Assembly (NCBI RefSeq): GCF_006345805.1 | Contig: NC_042999.1 | Span: forward strand, 143,406,001-143,470,000 | DNA length: 64,000 nt | Reading direction: 5' to 3' | Origin: Octopus sinensis | Taxonomy: Eukaryota | Part shown: piece after piece, positions 41,433-53,750 of the stretch | Layout: each line of letters begins with the position of its first letter | How positions within the stretch are numbered: the first letter of the stretch is position 1 | Made by a program: the position numbers and the translations under genes | Notes under the pieces: generated by a model | The model's input: only the letters and a program-made list of their open reading frames with translations | Database searches by the model: none | What the model was told of the DNA's origin: nothing

Positions 41433-41846
41433 CAGATAGCAGTGATGATGGTGGTGGTGGTGTGTTGGTAGTGAAAAGTATTTTTTTTTTATTGAATTGA
41501 TTTTTTTTCGCTTATAGCATGCGCATAAATGCAATGATTTATCGTCTGCTCGCTGAAAAAATTGATATTTTTTTTTATGATGGTTAATTTAGAAACACGG
41601 TTGCAAACTGCCCAAGAAAGGATGCGCAGATATAGAGCACGGATCAGATAGGAACAGCGAGAAAATATAATAAAAAAGAGAGAAAAAATATTGACGGAGA
41701 CGTGAGGAAATGAAATGTAGACGAACGTCTAGGATATTTAAAGAAAGCTAAACTGTGAATGCTATGAAAATGCAAACCATCCTTTCTTCCTTAAATAGGT
41801 CCTCTTAATTTTTTCCATTCTGTGGTATTTCAACGGGTCCCACTAG
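41036..41846 (+). mobile_element. Non-autonomous Helitron-like element
   Basis: A|TCTATATAATAA at the 5' end and a degenerate hairpin plus CACTAG|T at the 3' end (A|T insertion, no TSD). Confidence 0.55.
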
Positions 41847-44409
41847 TAAATATAAATAAAACTATGTAGTAAGGACGTTATGGTTAATGTAATGGCGTAG
41901 GAATACTGTTAAGTACAATATGGATACTGGAAAACGATGTGTATGGTAACAGCACCGGATTACTTTGAGTACTGTAACTGTTAGAATATCATGGGCACAG
42001 TAACAATGGAGAAATATTTTGGTATTTTAATAGTGTTAGAATACCATTAGTATTCTAGCAGCGCAGGAAAACTGGATATTGTAATAGCAGTGATTCACCT
42101 TGGATATTTAACAACTCTTGAATACCATTTTATTACCACTTCCCTGGTATAGATTAGAGAGAAGTTAAATATAGTATTAGGTAGGCAACCGATTCTTGAA
42201 TCAATGCTTTCCGAGTGACTGTTGGGGGCTTTGTCTTTTATCACTGTTCCATTTTCTTCTGGTACTTCATTTAATCTTTCAGATATTCTTGATTTACTTT
42301 TACATCCACTTACACTCTTTTATTATTCTCACTCACTCTCACATATCTCATTGGCAAGTTATCGATTCACTGGTGAGGTTGAAATATTGCAACATGTCTT
42401 TCTTTAGTGTATCCAGGACTACATTATCTATTCGAGTTCCTCACTTTTTATAAATGATAGGACGAGGATTGAAGGAGATTTGAATCGTAATTCTAACAGC
42501 ACGAGCTAATGTGTAAGGACTGCCTCCTTGTAGTTTGATGGTCTTGCCCATTGAAATTTGGGTACTTTTGTTTCTGACATGTTGTAAGGCTAGTGACGGA
42601 ATAACTCTGTCGGTTTATACTTTATTCGGTTGGTAGGATTGTATATTACAAAGCCAAGAGACAGAACTGTAACAAGAAGAAGGTGCGGGAACGCAGGTGC
42701 AAAAGGGCGGGAAATTTCCTTGCTCTATCAAGCTTCTCAATTAAAGGGGTATGGGTGCAAAAGTATCTTTGCCCACGGACGCTGAGGACCTATGCTACCC
42801 TACTAGAGACAGCTGTCATTTGTTACTTGCTGACTATAACAGTTCATCATTCTATGAGGATTTGCTTTTAAAGGTAGTATCGCCACCAGATTTTCTGCTT
42901 TGGTGGTATTTTTCATACACAATATGTGTCACAATGTTTGAATTGCTCAAATCAAAAGAAAATTTTCTCTTAGAAATCCCATTGAGAAAGATTATGTGAC
43001 GGGTGAATGAGATTTAGATAATTCTCTGCACTTAACGCATCAACAACTCAACGTCTTTAAAATAGGTGTCTTTTATTACACAATGTAATGACTTCAGTGT
43101 TGCGAACAAGTCTGTCAAAGGGTATTGCAATATATTTATATTTTTTTTCATTTTGATTTATTAACAAAAACTCAAAGTAACACAATAGAAATATTGGTTG
43201 TAGATTTGATTTAAAACTGTAGTCAATAGATGTAAGACATTACAAAATTTGCTGACTGAAGCTTAGGCTGTCTCTAATTATTTTTTTAATAAGTTGGTCA
43301 GGGAATAAAGGGGTCAATGCTAATAAACCTTGGCAATCCTGCCATATTGTAACATGGGAGTCTTTACTGATCAGTTGTCACTTTTTTGATACAATGTAGC
43401 ATGCTATTTCGTGGATAAATACGCAATTAATCAAACGGTTTACCGTAATTTGGTAATTAAAAGGCCTATTTGCGTGTGAGAGTGTGTGTATATGCTTGTG
43501 TGTAAGTATCTTTGCAATTTATAGAATGTATGACAGCTTTCTGCCAGCTGGTTGTGTGAAGAATGATTTATAGGGACAACAATTTCTACACACCAAGTCA
43601 GAAGGAAGAAAACTAATGATAAACTGATAGGCTTAATTTAGTTCATATTTTGATAATTGAAGTTTAACATAATCTTTACATTGTGAGTTGTGCTTTTGAG
43701 ATGTGTTTTTATGAAACATTTAATTGCTATTTGTCTATCACACGTGCAACATAACCCAGCGTACGTCTAATTCTGAAATTGCGCAGCCTGAATATATGTG
43801 AATATGCAAGGCAAGTAGAAACTACTTTTGTATATATATGCATTTTAGCCAAGTTACTGAGAAGAACACAAGAATGAATGCAGAAAACTCCAATAGAGTG
43901 GGCTGAGATGAGTAAACGCTGACACACGTATTGAATATTTTTCTCCTGAGTTTACCTCTAAACAATCGCAGGCTAACACTCCAAATATAATACATGTGTT
44001 TTTGCGTGTATGTACGCGCGAGTACATGTATGTATGTATGTATGTATGTATGTATGTATGTATGTATGTATGTATGTATGTATGTATGATGTATGTATGT
44101 ATGTATGTATGTGTGAGCACGTATACACACACATACACAAACACATGTATATATAGAGAGAGATAAACACACATATTTACTGTATTTGGTTTACAAGATT
44201 CTTGATGTGAACTCGTGTGAAAAACAGATTTTATTGTATCTTGGGAAGGTCATTATGCCAATAATAAACACGCGTATTGTATCTATTTTACTTCTTTTAA
44301 TATCATTAGTTAAGTAGATAACCATTTAAACAATTAGCTAATCGATCGGTCAATGAATTAATTAGATGGGGTTTTTCAAAGTCTTTAGGTTGCTATTCGC
44401 GAATATAAG

Positions 44410-44457
<48 letters not shown>

Positions 44458-44606
44458 CATGTATGTATGTATGTATGTATGTATGTATGTATGTATGTAT
44501 GTACACTTACATTCGCGAATGGTAACCAAAAGAATGAATGAGACCTTGATATTATGTAAATAGAGGAATTTATCTGTAATATAATGTGATAATTATTCAG
44601 TTGCCA

Positions 44607-44667
44607 TAATAAAACTTCGTTTCCGATGTTGGGGTAGAATTCTGCTCTGGCACCTCATCAGTTATTA
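44607..44667 (-). ncRNA. Minimal type I hammerhead-like motif
   Basis: TAATAA-CTGATGA-[helix II, long loop]-GAAAC gaa GTT-TTATTA: 6-bp helix I, 2-bp helix III. Confidence 0.6.
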
Positions 44668-45126
44668 AGAAAAACAAAAATGCTGTGAAAATGACCGTTA
44701 AACAAAGGGAAATTACTATGTAGATGACCGTTGTTAAGACAAACAAAAGAGCTATTAGAATGACCGTTAAATAAAGGGGAAAAAACCCGAAAGGGAGAAA
44801 GTAAAAGACGCTCATAGAAATCGCGTATGCGCGCATGTACCTACATACACATGCGTGTACACACACCCATGTACATGTGCCTATATGCATATGCTCGCTC
44901 ACACTCGCGTGAAACACATACATGCACATTCACACACACGCCTATATGTGCACATATATATGCAACCATACACATGTACACATATACATATCCGCACACA
45001 CACTTACATATACTCATACGCGCACAATTATATTCATATATACGCGAATTCTATGAGCGATTTTTACTTTCTCCCCTTCGAGATTTTCCCCTTTATTTAA
45101 TGGTCATTTTCATAGCATTTATGTGT

Positions 45127-45189
45127 TAATAACTGACGAGATACCAGAGCAGATTTCCGTCCCGACATCCGAAACTCGGAGTTTTATTA
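45127..45189 (+). ncRNA. Minimal type I hammerhead-like motif
   Basis: TAATAA-CTGACGA-[helix II, long loop]-GAAACT cgg AGTT-TTATTA: 6-bp helix I, 3-bp helix III. Confidence 0.65.
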
Positions 45190-45301
45190 TGGCAACCGAA
45201 TAATTGTCACATATTATATTACATATATATATATGTGTGTGTGTGTGTATCTATGTATCTATGTATGTATATATATACACATACATGTATATAAATATGG
45301 A

Positions 45302-45350
<49 letters not shown>

Positions 45351-45351
<1 letters not shown>

Positions 45352-46571
45352 GGGGGTTGGACAAATTAATGGAAACACCTAGCATCATAATTTTGAAATA
45401 TCTATAAAACCGTCAAAAGCTTGTTTATTTTTGTTTGTTTGTTTATTTATTTATTTATTTATTTATTTATTATTTATTTATTTATTTATTATTAGTGTTG
45501 CTCAATATGTTTTGCTAAAATTGCTGTTTCTTTTCGGATATCATCAGAAAAAGGTAATTAAAATTCATTCAAATGACAGATCTATCGGACTTTCAAATTA
45601 TTGGTGTTCGTATGACAGGCGCTAGCATAACGAAAACAGCCGAAATGTTTGGTGTATCACGGAGTACTGTCTCGAAAGTAATGACAGCTTTTGAAAAAGA
45701 GGGAAAAACCTCCTCGTTGAAACAAAACTCCGTAAGAAAACCAAAACTTTCAGATAGGGACCGTCGCACTCTTACGCGAATTGTTAGGAATGATCACAAA
45801 AGTACAGCTCCCAAAATTACTGCAGAGCTTAATGACCACATCCAGAACCCAGTTTGTCGGGAGCTGCACAAAATCAGATTTCACGGGAGGGCTGCAATCA
45901 GAAAACCACAACTTTCAAAAACAAACGTTGCAAAGCGTTTAGAGTGGAGTAAAAACCTACAGAATTGGTCCCTAGAGCAGTGGAAGAATGTTATTTTCTC
46001 GGACGAGTCACTCTTTACCTCATTTCCGACCACCGGCCGAGTATATGTGTGGAGACAGCCAAAAGAAGCATTTGACTCAGACTGGCTTCTTACAGCTGTT
46101 TAACATGGAGGAGGATCTGAAATGATCTGGATGGCTATATCTTGGAAATCCGCCGGCCCAATGATTTCCCTTCATGGCATAATAAATAGTCAGGACTGTT
46201 GAAGCATTTTTCTTATCAAATTCATCCTATGTTTGCGGAACTGTTTCCGGAGGGAAACGCAATGTTTCAGAATCATAATGCACCAATATAATTCACACAG
46301 CCAAAGTTGTTACTGAATGGCACGAGGAACATTCTAGTGAAGTTGAACATCTTATCTGGCCACCACAGTCCCCAGATATCAATATTATTGAACATTTATG
46401 GTGCATTTTAGAAAAAGCAAGTAAGAAGTCGATATCCTCCACCATCATCACTACAAGAACAGGAGACTGTTTTAGCTGAAGAATAGACAAAAATTCTTTT
46501 GGAAACAATTCAAACTTTGTATGAGTCCATACCTCGTAGAATTCAGGGGTTGGACAAAATAATGGAAACAC
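45351..46571 (+). mobile_element. Tc1-family transposon (decayed DD34E-type transposase)
   Basis: TIR CGGGGGTTGGACAAATTAATGGAAACAC after (TA)n; ORF 45573-46103 with HTH and WKNVIFSDES; later HGGGSEMIW, FQNHNAP and WPPQSPDINIIEHLW; stops present. Confidence 0.92.
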
Positions 46572-46601
46572 TTTAAAATTTCAAACAAATTTATTTTAAT
46601 A

Positions 46602-46686
46602 CTAGCAGCTAAGCCCGGTTTCCCCCGGTCTGTTTGAATGATGTGGCTGTGATCGTTTTCGGTTAGGCATAATCTATAACAGCGTT

Positions 46687-46738
<52 letters not shown>

Positions 46739-47965
46739 GGGCCTCCTGTTTCGATTGGACCCTCCAACTGTATGAAAATTTCCTGATCCCCACTCAGAAA
46801 ACAGCTTCGGGAGTTATGAAGAACAAATTTGTACGTAGTCTGTTTCTGAGAGCTATACTATTGGACCTCTGTCTAATCGTTAAAACATTGGGCGATCTTT
46901 CGATATGGGAACACACTTACAAACCACTTATAAACTACATGTGTTTATTTACATTTTTGGAGATGATCGTCGGTTTCCGTAAAAAGTTTATATTTTTTTA
47001 ATATGGAGCTGGGTGGAAAGGCATGAAGTCGGCATGAAAGCGAAAGAAACAGAGAGAGCGCTATTGTACGAGTGAAGTTCTTTTGAAGGTGGCGTGAAGC
47101 GGAAGAATTGGTGTGTGTGCATGCGTGCGTGCATGCGTGTGTGTATGTGTGTGTGTGTGTGTGTGTGTTGTGTGTGTGTGTGTGTGTGTGTGTTTGATGG
47201 GGTGTGCGAGACAGAATGTGTGGTGTGTATAGGAATTGCTTTTGTTTGTGGGTGTGAAGAGACAGAGAGAGTAATGTTGCTGGTGTTTGTGTATATGAGA
47301 GAGATAGAAAGAAAGAGAGCGAGAGAGAGAGAGATAACTGAAATTTTTTATTCACTTTTTGTAATGAGTGAATGACAGAGAAAAAGCGAGAGAGAGAGAG
47401 AGAGAGAGAGAGAGGTTATGTATATATGTATGCATGTATGTATGTATGTATGTATGTATGTATGTATGTATGTATGTATGAATGGCTTCATTGACACATA
47501 CATACACACACACACGCACACACGCATCTGGTTGTTATGTATGTAAGTATGTATCTATGTATGCCCAAGAGAGAGTTAACATAAATTTTGTTATTCACTT
47601 TTTGTAGTGAGTAAATGTGTGAGTGACTGATAGAGAAAAGGAGAGAAAGGTTATGTATGTATGTATGTATGTATGAATGGCTTTGGTTGACTGTCATCCT
47701 GTACTCCCCTTGTTGCTAGCGAATTGGTATATGCCGGTTGTGTGAGCAACTGGCTGTTTTAATGGCAGGAGAATTACATTAGAATAAGTTTTAATCGATT
47801 TTCTCGGTAACTATGGGGGGTGGGTGAAATACAAACCGCATTCTAATGTATGCATCCGTCTCCACATGTGTGCCATTTTTCACGCGAATCCTCCCAGCCG
47901 TTTGGCTGTGAACCTCAAGACAAGATAGAATACAACGATCGCCCATGTCCAATTTATATTATAGA
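46602..47965 (-). mobile_element. Non-autonomous Helitron-like element carrying microsatellites
   Basis: Minus strand A|TCTATAATATAAA start; 3' hairpin AGACCGG-gggaaa-CCGGGCT then GCTAG|T. Confidence 0.7.
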
Positions 47966-49656
47966 TGAGGTGGGACGACCTTTGGCAATAATTACAGCTT
48001 GAATTCAGAGTTCCTCCTCCTTGTTTAACAGTTGAAAGAAGGCAGTCTGAGTCAAATGCCTCTCTTGGCTGTCCTCACACGTATACTCAGCCGGCGGACG
48101 GAAATGAGGTAAATTTCTCGTCCGAGAAAATTACATTCTTCCACTGCTCTAGGGACCAATTCTGTAGGTTTTTACTCCACTCTAAACGCTTTGCAACGTT
48201 TATTTTTGAAAGTTGTGGTTTTCTAATACAACGAAATCTGAAACTTCACAAATGGTTATAGTATGTTTCTAAGTTTCCCGATTCCGATATTTAGACGATT
48301 ATTTTATGAAAAACGTAACATAAATTTGTATGTTGTATGAAAATGTTTGAATGGTTAAGTAAAACGATCTCATTGGTTAAAAATATAACCACTAATTATT
48401 TAAAGAAATATAAAGTGAGAATCTATTTATTATGAAAATAATTTTACGCAAAATGATAAATGAATTTTTTTTTTAGTTTCAGCTCAAGAGCTACGGCCAT
48501 GCTGGGGCACCGCTGTTAAACTTATATATGAATATAAAAAAAACAAGTATGAAAAGAACATGTAAATATGTTATAGAATATATAAATTAAAAGATGAGTA
48601 TGCATAATAATATATAATTGCGAATAATATAAGTTAATATTTTCTGATGTCCTTAAAGTCTATAAATCTCCAGAAACGAATATGATAAAGCCCTTTGTGT
48701 TGAAATCACTTGTTCAGGGTACATAGTTGGAAAGTAAAGACTTCGAAGTGTTCCTACAACTGATCAACATCTCAGACTGTAAGTTAAACGAGTAATAATT
48801 CACGAAGATTTAACTTACACCGGTAATTCCTACAACTGCCATGGAGATTCGCAGAAGCATGTTTATTTAGTTGTAAATACTCTTAAATTTGTTCTGTCTA
48901 ATATCCAGATATGTTTAGAAAGTTGTTTTATAAATTGCTCTCTGGATTCCTAATTGACTGAATATTTTGATTTAAATAAATCGTTGCACCTTAAGACAAT
49001 ATATGTAAGGAGAAACTTATTCGCTAAATATAAACAGTGATAAATTACATAGATTTGGAAAAGATCTTATAAACATTTTGTAAAACACATAATTATAATC
49101 GATACTAATTTTAGTATAGTTAACTATTAGGTAATTTCTTTTTAATTACGAAAAAACGTTTTTTTAGTCATGTACAAAAATAAACATAAAATTAGCTGAA
49201 GACATCTGGTAATTAAAATAAAAAGCTTTAGACTACAACATTAAATGGAAATTCATTGGAAGATTCAAACCATGCAAAAGAAAAATGGAAACCGAAGGTG
49301 TGATCATCGTAGAGCAGAGAACAGGAAAATTCTCAAATATTTACATAAGCGACATCTCAATTTAACCACGATTTATAAACTATAGCAAGATTACTATCGA
49401 CTACAATTCATAAAAAGTGTTTCTCTTTATGCTCTTACAAGGTCTTTTCTAAATCTGACATTTATAGACCTATTGCAGAAATGCACACCCGCTGTAGAAC
49501 TGGGAAACACTTTTTATTGGATAGAAATCACATAAATGGTATGTATGTATGTATGTATGTATGTATGTATGTATGTATGTATGTATGTATGTATGTATGT
49601 ATCTAAAAACAATGAATAATACTGAATAAATTATACTTTCTAAAACAACACATACT

Positions 49657-49692
<36 letters not shown>

Positions 49693-51019
49693 TTATACGC
49701 ATACATTTATAAATATATATGCATACATATATATACACATATACATAGATACATAGATACACATACAGATATATACATTCATAACAGCGGATAATTTATT
49801 TTAGGTACAACTCCCGGTAAGATAAAATTACAGGTTAAATGTGGAGTAAGATTTTTTGTGAGGAATTAGACGGATGAATATTTTATAATGACCTGCGGTT
49901 TCATTCGGTTGAGAATGTCTGAACTAGTAGATACGCGCGCGCGTAAAAACACACAATAGTAAGTACTTATTTTTCTATATATTATTATGAATATTTGAAC
50001 GTATGACTATAATAATTTAGCATAAAGGTATTTCGTCATATTTTGTAGTATTTTTACACACCTTTGCAACAGCCTTTAGAAAGAAGTTTATAGATTTAAC
50101 TTTTATTGTTTGGGCGTCTGTATCAATGCTGAACGAAGTTTTAACTGTAGTAAATAGTCTATCTCAAAATATATTAACTGTTGAGGCGTGTATTGAATTT
50201 AACTATTTTCGAAATGTGAAGTCACAATAAATCAACGCAACAAAAAGGTAAAATGTTGGGTGTGGATGGAGGCCTTTTGAAAGAAGGGCGGTGGAAAAAA
50301 ATATGGAAAAAGGCATAGAGAGAATGAAGAGAGAAGGGATTGACGGAGGAAGAGAGGAAGAAGTAATAGATTAAGAGAGGGAGATATAAATGCATTGCAT
50401 ATACAAACAAACATATATTAGACTTCCACTGACTCACTTCCGAGACAAACTACCCTCAAGAAATAATTACAACACCTTTATCAAATAATGTGCGTGAGTA
50501 TTTTTTAAAAGAATATCTTAGATAATGAATCTGAAACATGAGTGTAGTAGCTACAATGCGGTTGGCCAAAGAGTCACTTGAACGCAGTTGATCTGGGGTT
50601 GAGTGACTGCAACAGAATAATGATCGAAATACGCTTTTGAACTCGATATGTCAAAGTATATCAGCAAAAACACTAGCCCAAATGTGACACGGTATTCTAT
50701 ACAAAGATAAATAAAAGACATAAAGATGAAGAATACATTCGAAGAAAAGATATCGGCAAGCGCGAAACAGAGAGCCAAACTTAATAGCGGCTGATTTAGC
50801 CATAAATTTAATATAATAATTCCAAGTAAAAAAATTAAAACCTAAAAGGCAGGCCTAGAATTTTCTGGAAGCTCATATCAAACACAGAAATACGAATATT
50901 ATAAATGTTCCTGTAACGATTAATAGAAACAAGTGTCATCAGTAATGAGTGCAAGGTTGGACATGATATCATCCAGATCATCAATTAAAACTGAAAACCA
51001 AATAGGAATAAGAATGTAA

Positions 51020-51465
51020 GGTGCTACATTGGTATGCGATCTACGTAGCCAACGTTTATCTGCAAGAGCCAAATTCTACTTTAGTATGCGATCTACATGC
51101 TTCATTTATTTATTATGACTTAAATAAAACATTCTTACATTTTTATACAGTTATTTAAAAAAATTAAAATCAAGCAGATTTGAAACAAATTTACTAATTT
51201 TATGGGCGAATCGAACGAACATCAGCTAGAAAAGTAAAAAATAGAGAATTAAAATTTTTATACATTTTATACATTTATTATTAAAAAGAAATTAGAATGA
51301 AGTAAATTTGAAACAAGTTTACTAATTTTATCGGTGATTCGAATGAACATCAACTAGAAAAGCTGTTCTTGATAAGTATAACTTTTCTTGTAGATCACAG
51401 TATAAAGTGTAGATCGCATACCAAAACAGTTTCATGACACGTAGATCGCATACAAAAGTAGCACC
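51020..51465. mobile_element. 446-bp MITE with 27-bp TIRs and an 8-bp target duplication (Merlin-like by inference)
   Basis: GAATGTAA|GGTGCTACATTGGTATGCGATCTACGT ... ACGTAGATCGCATACAAAAGTAGCACC|GAATGCAA; subterminal GTATGCGATCTAC repeated at each end. Confidence 0.75.
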
Positions 51466-52015
51466 GAATGCAATTTTAAGAGACACCAAATGACATACTG
51501 TAAGCAGAAAAGTGCTGATCATTTAAAACAAAGCTACGATAATCCAGAACAGAGACTAAGACCTTAAAGAACTTACTGAGGATTCATGACTTATGCTTGT
51601 AGGTGTAGGCCACAATGTTACTGTCAAACAATCCCCACAAGTCAAGGGCAACAATACTTGCCTCAACACAATTACTTCTCTCCCTCTCTATTCTCCTGAC
51701 GCTCTGTCTTTTTCTCTCAGTCTATCTGTCTACACACTCACACACCATTCACACACACGCGCACACACACACACACAAATGCGTATATATAGTATGCAAC
51801 ATACGCATTTGTGTATGCAGCATATATGCGCATTGGTATATATAGCATATAATATTATATATACATTATATATATATATCATGTATGTAGAAATACATAC
51901 CACATATGATATATTATTGCTATTATTGTTGTTGTTGATATCATCATCATCAACACTATTATTATTACTATTACAATTATTATTATTATTATGATTATTA
52001 TTATTATTATTATTA

Positions 52016-52075
<60 letters not shown>

Positions 52076-52444
52076 TATTATTATTGTTATTATAATTATT
52101 ATTATTCGCTTGAATGAACTCATAGTGTCGAAGGGATGAGTCATCGAGTTCAAATAAATAAAAACGTCAACAGTATATGTAATGTACATGATACACACAT
52201 ATACATGCATTTGTATGAATGTGTTTATAGTTGTGTGCAAATACATACATTTACACATACAGGTATGCGCATATTTGTAGCAACGACTTTGTCCCAAAAT
52301 AAAGCTAATAAATGTTTGCATGTATGTCTGTATGTGAATAAATGCATTGTGAGTAATGACTGTCTGATTTGACATGCCGATTCAGCTGGTCAAATATCTA
52401 TTTTGTACCCTCGTTTATATATATGTGTGTGCGTGCATATATAT

Positions 52445-52640
52445 ATTTCAAAATATAACCACATGTGTATCGTTGGCGATTTTCTTCCCCCGTCTTCCTT
52501 TCTATCGGACTTTCCTCCGTTTCTGAAGACGAGCGTTTCTCGAAACGTTAAACCATCTTTCTTTCCTTCCTTGAGTGTCTCCTAATATTTTACAGTACCA
52601 CGTCCTCGCATTGTTGTTTTTTGTTTGTTGTTCTTTTTTG
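52445..52640 (+). mobile_element. Isolated PLE terminal segment
   Basis: Reverse-complement homologue of 4085-4250. Confidence 0.7.
52523..52579 (+). ncRNA. Hammerhead ribozyme-like core
   Basis: GTTT-CTGAAGA-C-GAG cgttt CTC-GAAACGTT-AAAC...AGTGTC. Confidence 0.6.
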
Positions 52641-52679
52641 TGATTTACTATATATATATATATCCTTTGATACCTTGAT

Positions 52680-53125
52680 AGATTTCTGCCTGTATTGGCC
52701 CAGGCCATGTCTAACTTAATAGCAGCCCTTGGCAAAGTCATTCATATCCGGATCCGGACACCATAGCTCACTGAAGTAGAGAGTTATTGTGTACGGAGAC
52801 ATATCCAGGTGTTGGAGTTTATCCGGGATATCTTGAAGGAATTTGTACAAAGACTTCTTGAACTTTATGGGGTCTGTTTCTGTTTTAATGTACTTTGGTG
52901 TAATGTTTAAAGAGAGTGGGGCCAATTGAGGTGAAAATAATTTTGGTGTATTGTTGTTATGAGATGCGAGTGCGATTTATGCTGTGGACAGATTGTTCAG
53001 AACTCAAACCTTGGGTGTACCTTAAAGGTGATGCCAACATCATTTGGGCAATGCTGATGAATATTTCCAGATTATGTAGATGATGTAGCGTTCACGGCGA
53101 TGCTGAAGAGTATAAAACTTGAACT
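52680..53125 (-). mobile_element. CR1-clade LINE 3' fragment
   Basis: KFYTLQHRRERYIIYIIWK; LAPLSLNITPKYIK...FKKSLYKFLQDIPD. Confidence 0.75.
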
Positions 53126-53155
53126 TTTCTAGTCGACCCCAATAGTTAAGGCCTG

Positions 53156-53190
53156 TCAACCAATATTGGTGTGTTTACGTCCCTGTAACA
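53156..53190 (+). mobile_element. SINE family B, short fragment
   Basis: tgtcaaccaatattggtgtgtttacgtccctgtaac matches the reverse of 3055-3095. Confidence 0.55.
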
Positions 53191-53218
53191 ATTTTTCTGA
53201 TGCACACACACGCGCGCG

Positions 53219-53293
<75 letters not shown>

Positions 53294-53328
53294 TGCGCGC
53301 GCGTGTGTGTGCATCAGAAAAATTGTTA
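53186..53328. repeat. 143-bp palindrome with perfect 36-bp arms around (TA)n
   Basis: 53186-53221 is the exact reverse complement of 53293-53328. Confidence 0.95.
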
Positions 53329-53339
53329 ATATACGCAGG

Positions 53340-53610
53340 GCTTAAATGTCAGTACCATTGTATACACCAGAAATGTTGAAAAAAGTTGTTAGGCTCTGGA
53401 TAGACAAAGTACAGGACAAGACTCAGAGCCCTCTCAGAATTGATAAAAATCATTTGATTCTGGCATGTCAACGCTTCCGACCCCGTATTGAAGTAGCCAT
53501 TGATGTAACGGTGGATTCATTGAATATGTGTGATAAAAGGATTCTCAAGATTATTTGTACTAATGTGATTACAAATACAGTTTTTCTTTGTTGAGCTACG
53601 CATCTTTTTC
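53340..53610 (+). mobile_element. mariner-like transposase C-terminal remnant
   Basis: IDKNHLILACQRFRPRIEVAID resembles the LIRAC.RFR.RIEAVI terminus of mariner/maT-like transposases. Confidence 0.5.
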
Positions 53611-53649
53611 TAAATTTATACAAATGACTTAAAACAAACTAATTCACCC

Positions 53650-53681
<32 letters not shown>

Positions 53682-53710
53682 CGTGCGTGCGTGTGTGCGT
53701 GCGTGTGTGT

Positions 53711-53750
<40 letters not shown>

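Larger units (their letters stand above)
44573..45219. repeat. Inverted-repeat element with two hammerhead-bearing arms and a CA/TA-rich spacer
   Basis: 44573-44832 is the diverged reverse complement of 45038-45219; the left arm has an extra internal duplication. Confidence 0.85.

Noticed and set aside
47998-48108. Plus-strand 111-nt open segment with AG/GT boundaries
   Set aside because: No partner exons found, and the sequence resembles a retroelement UTR; needs RNA-seq.
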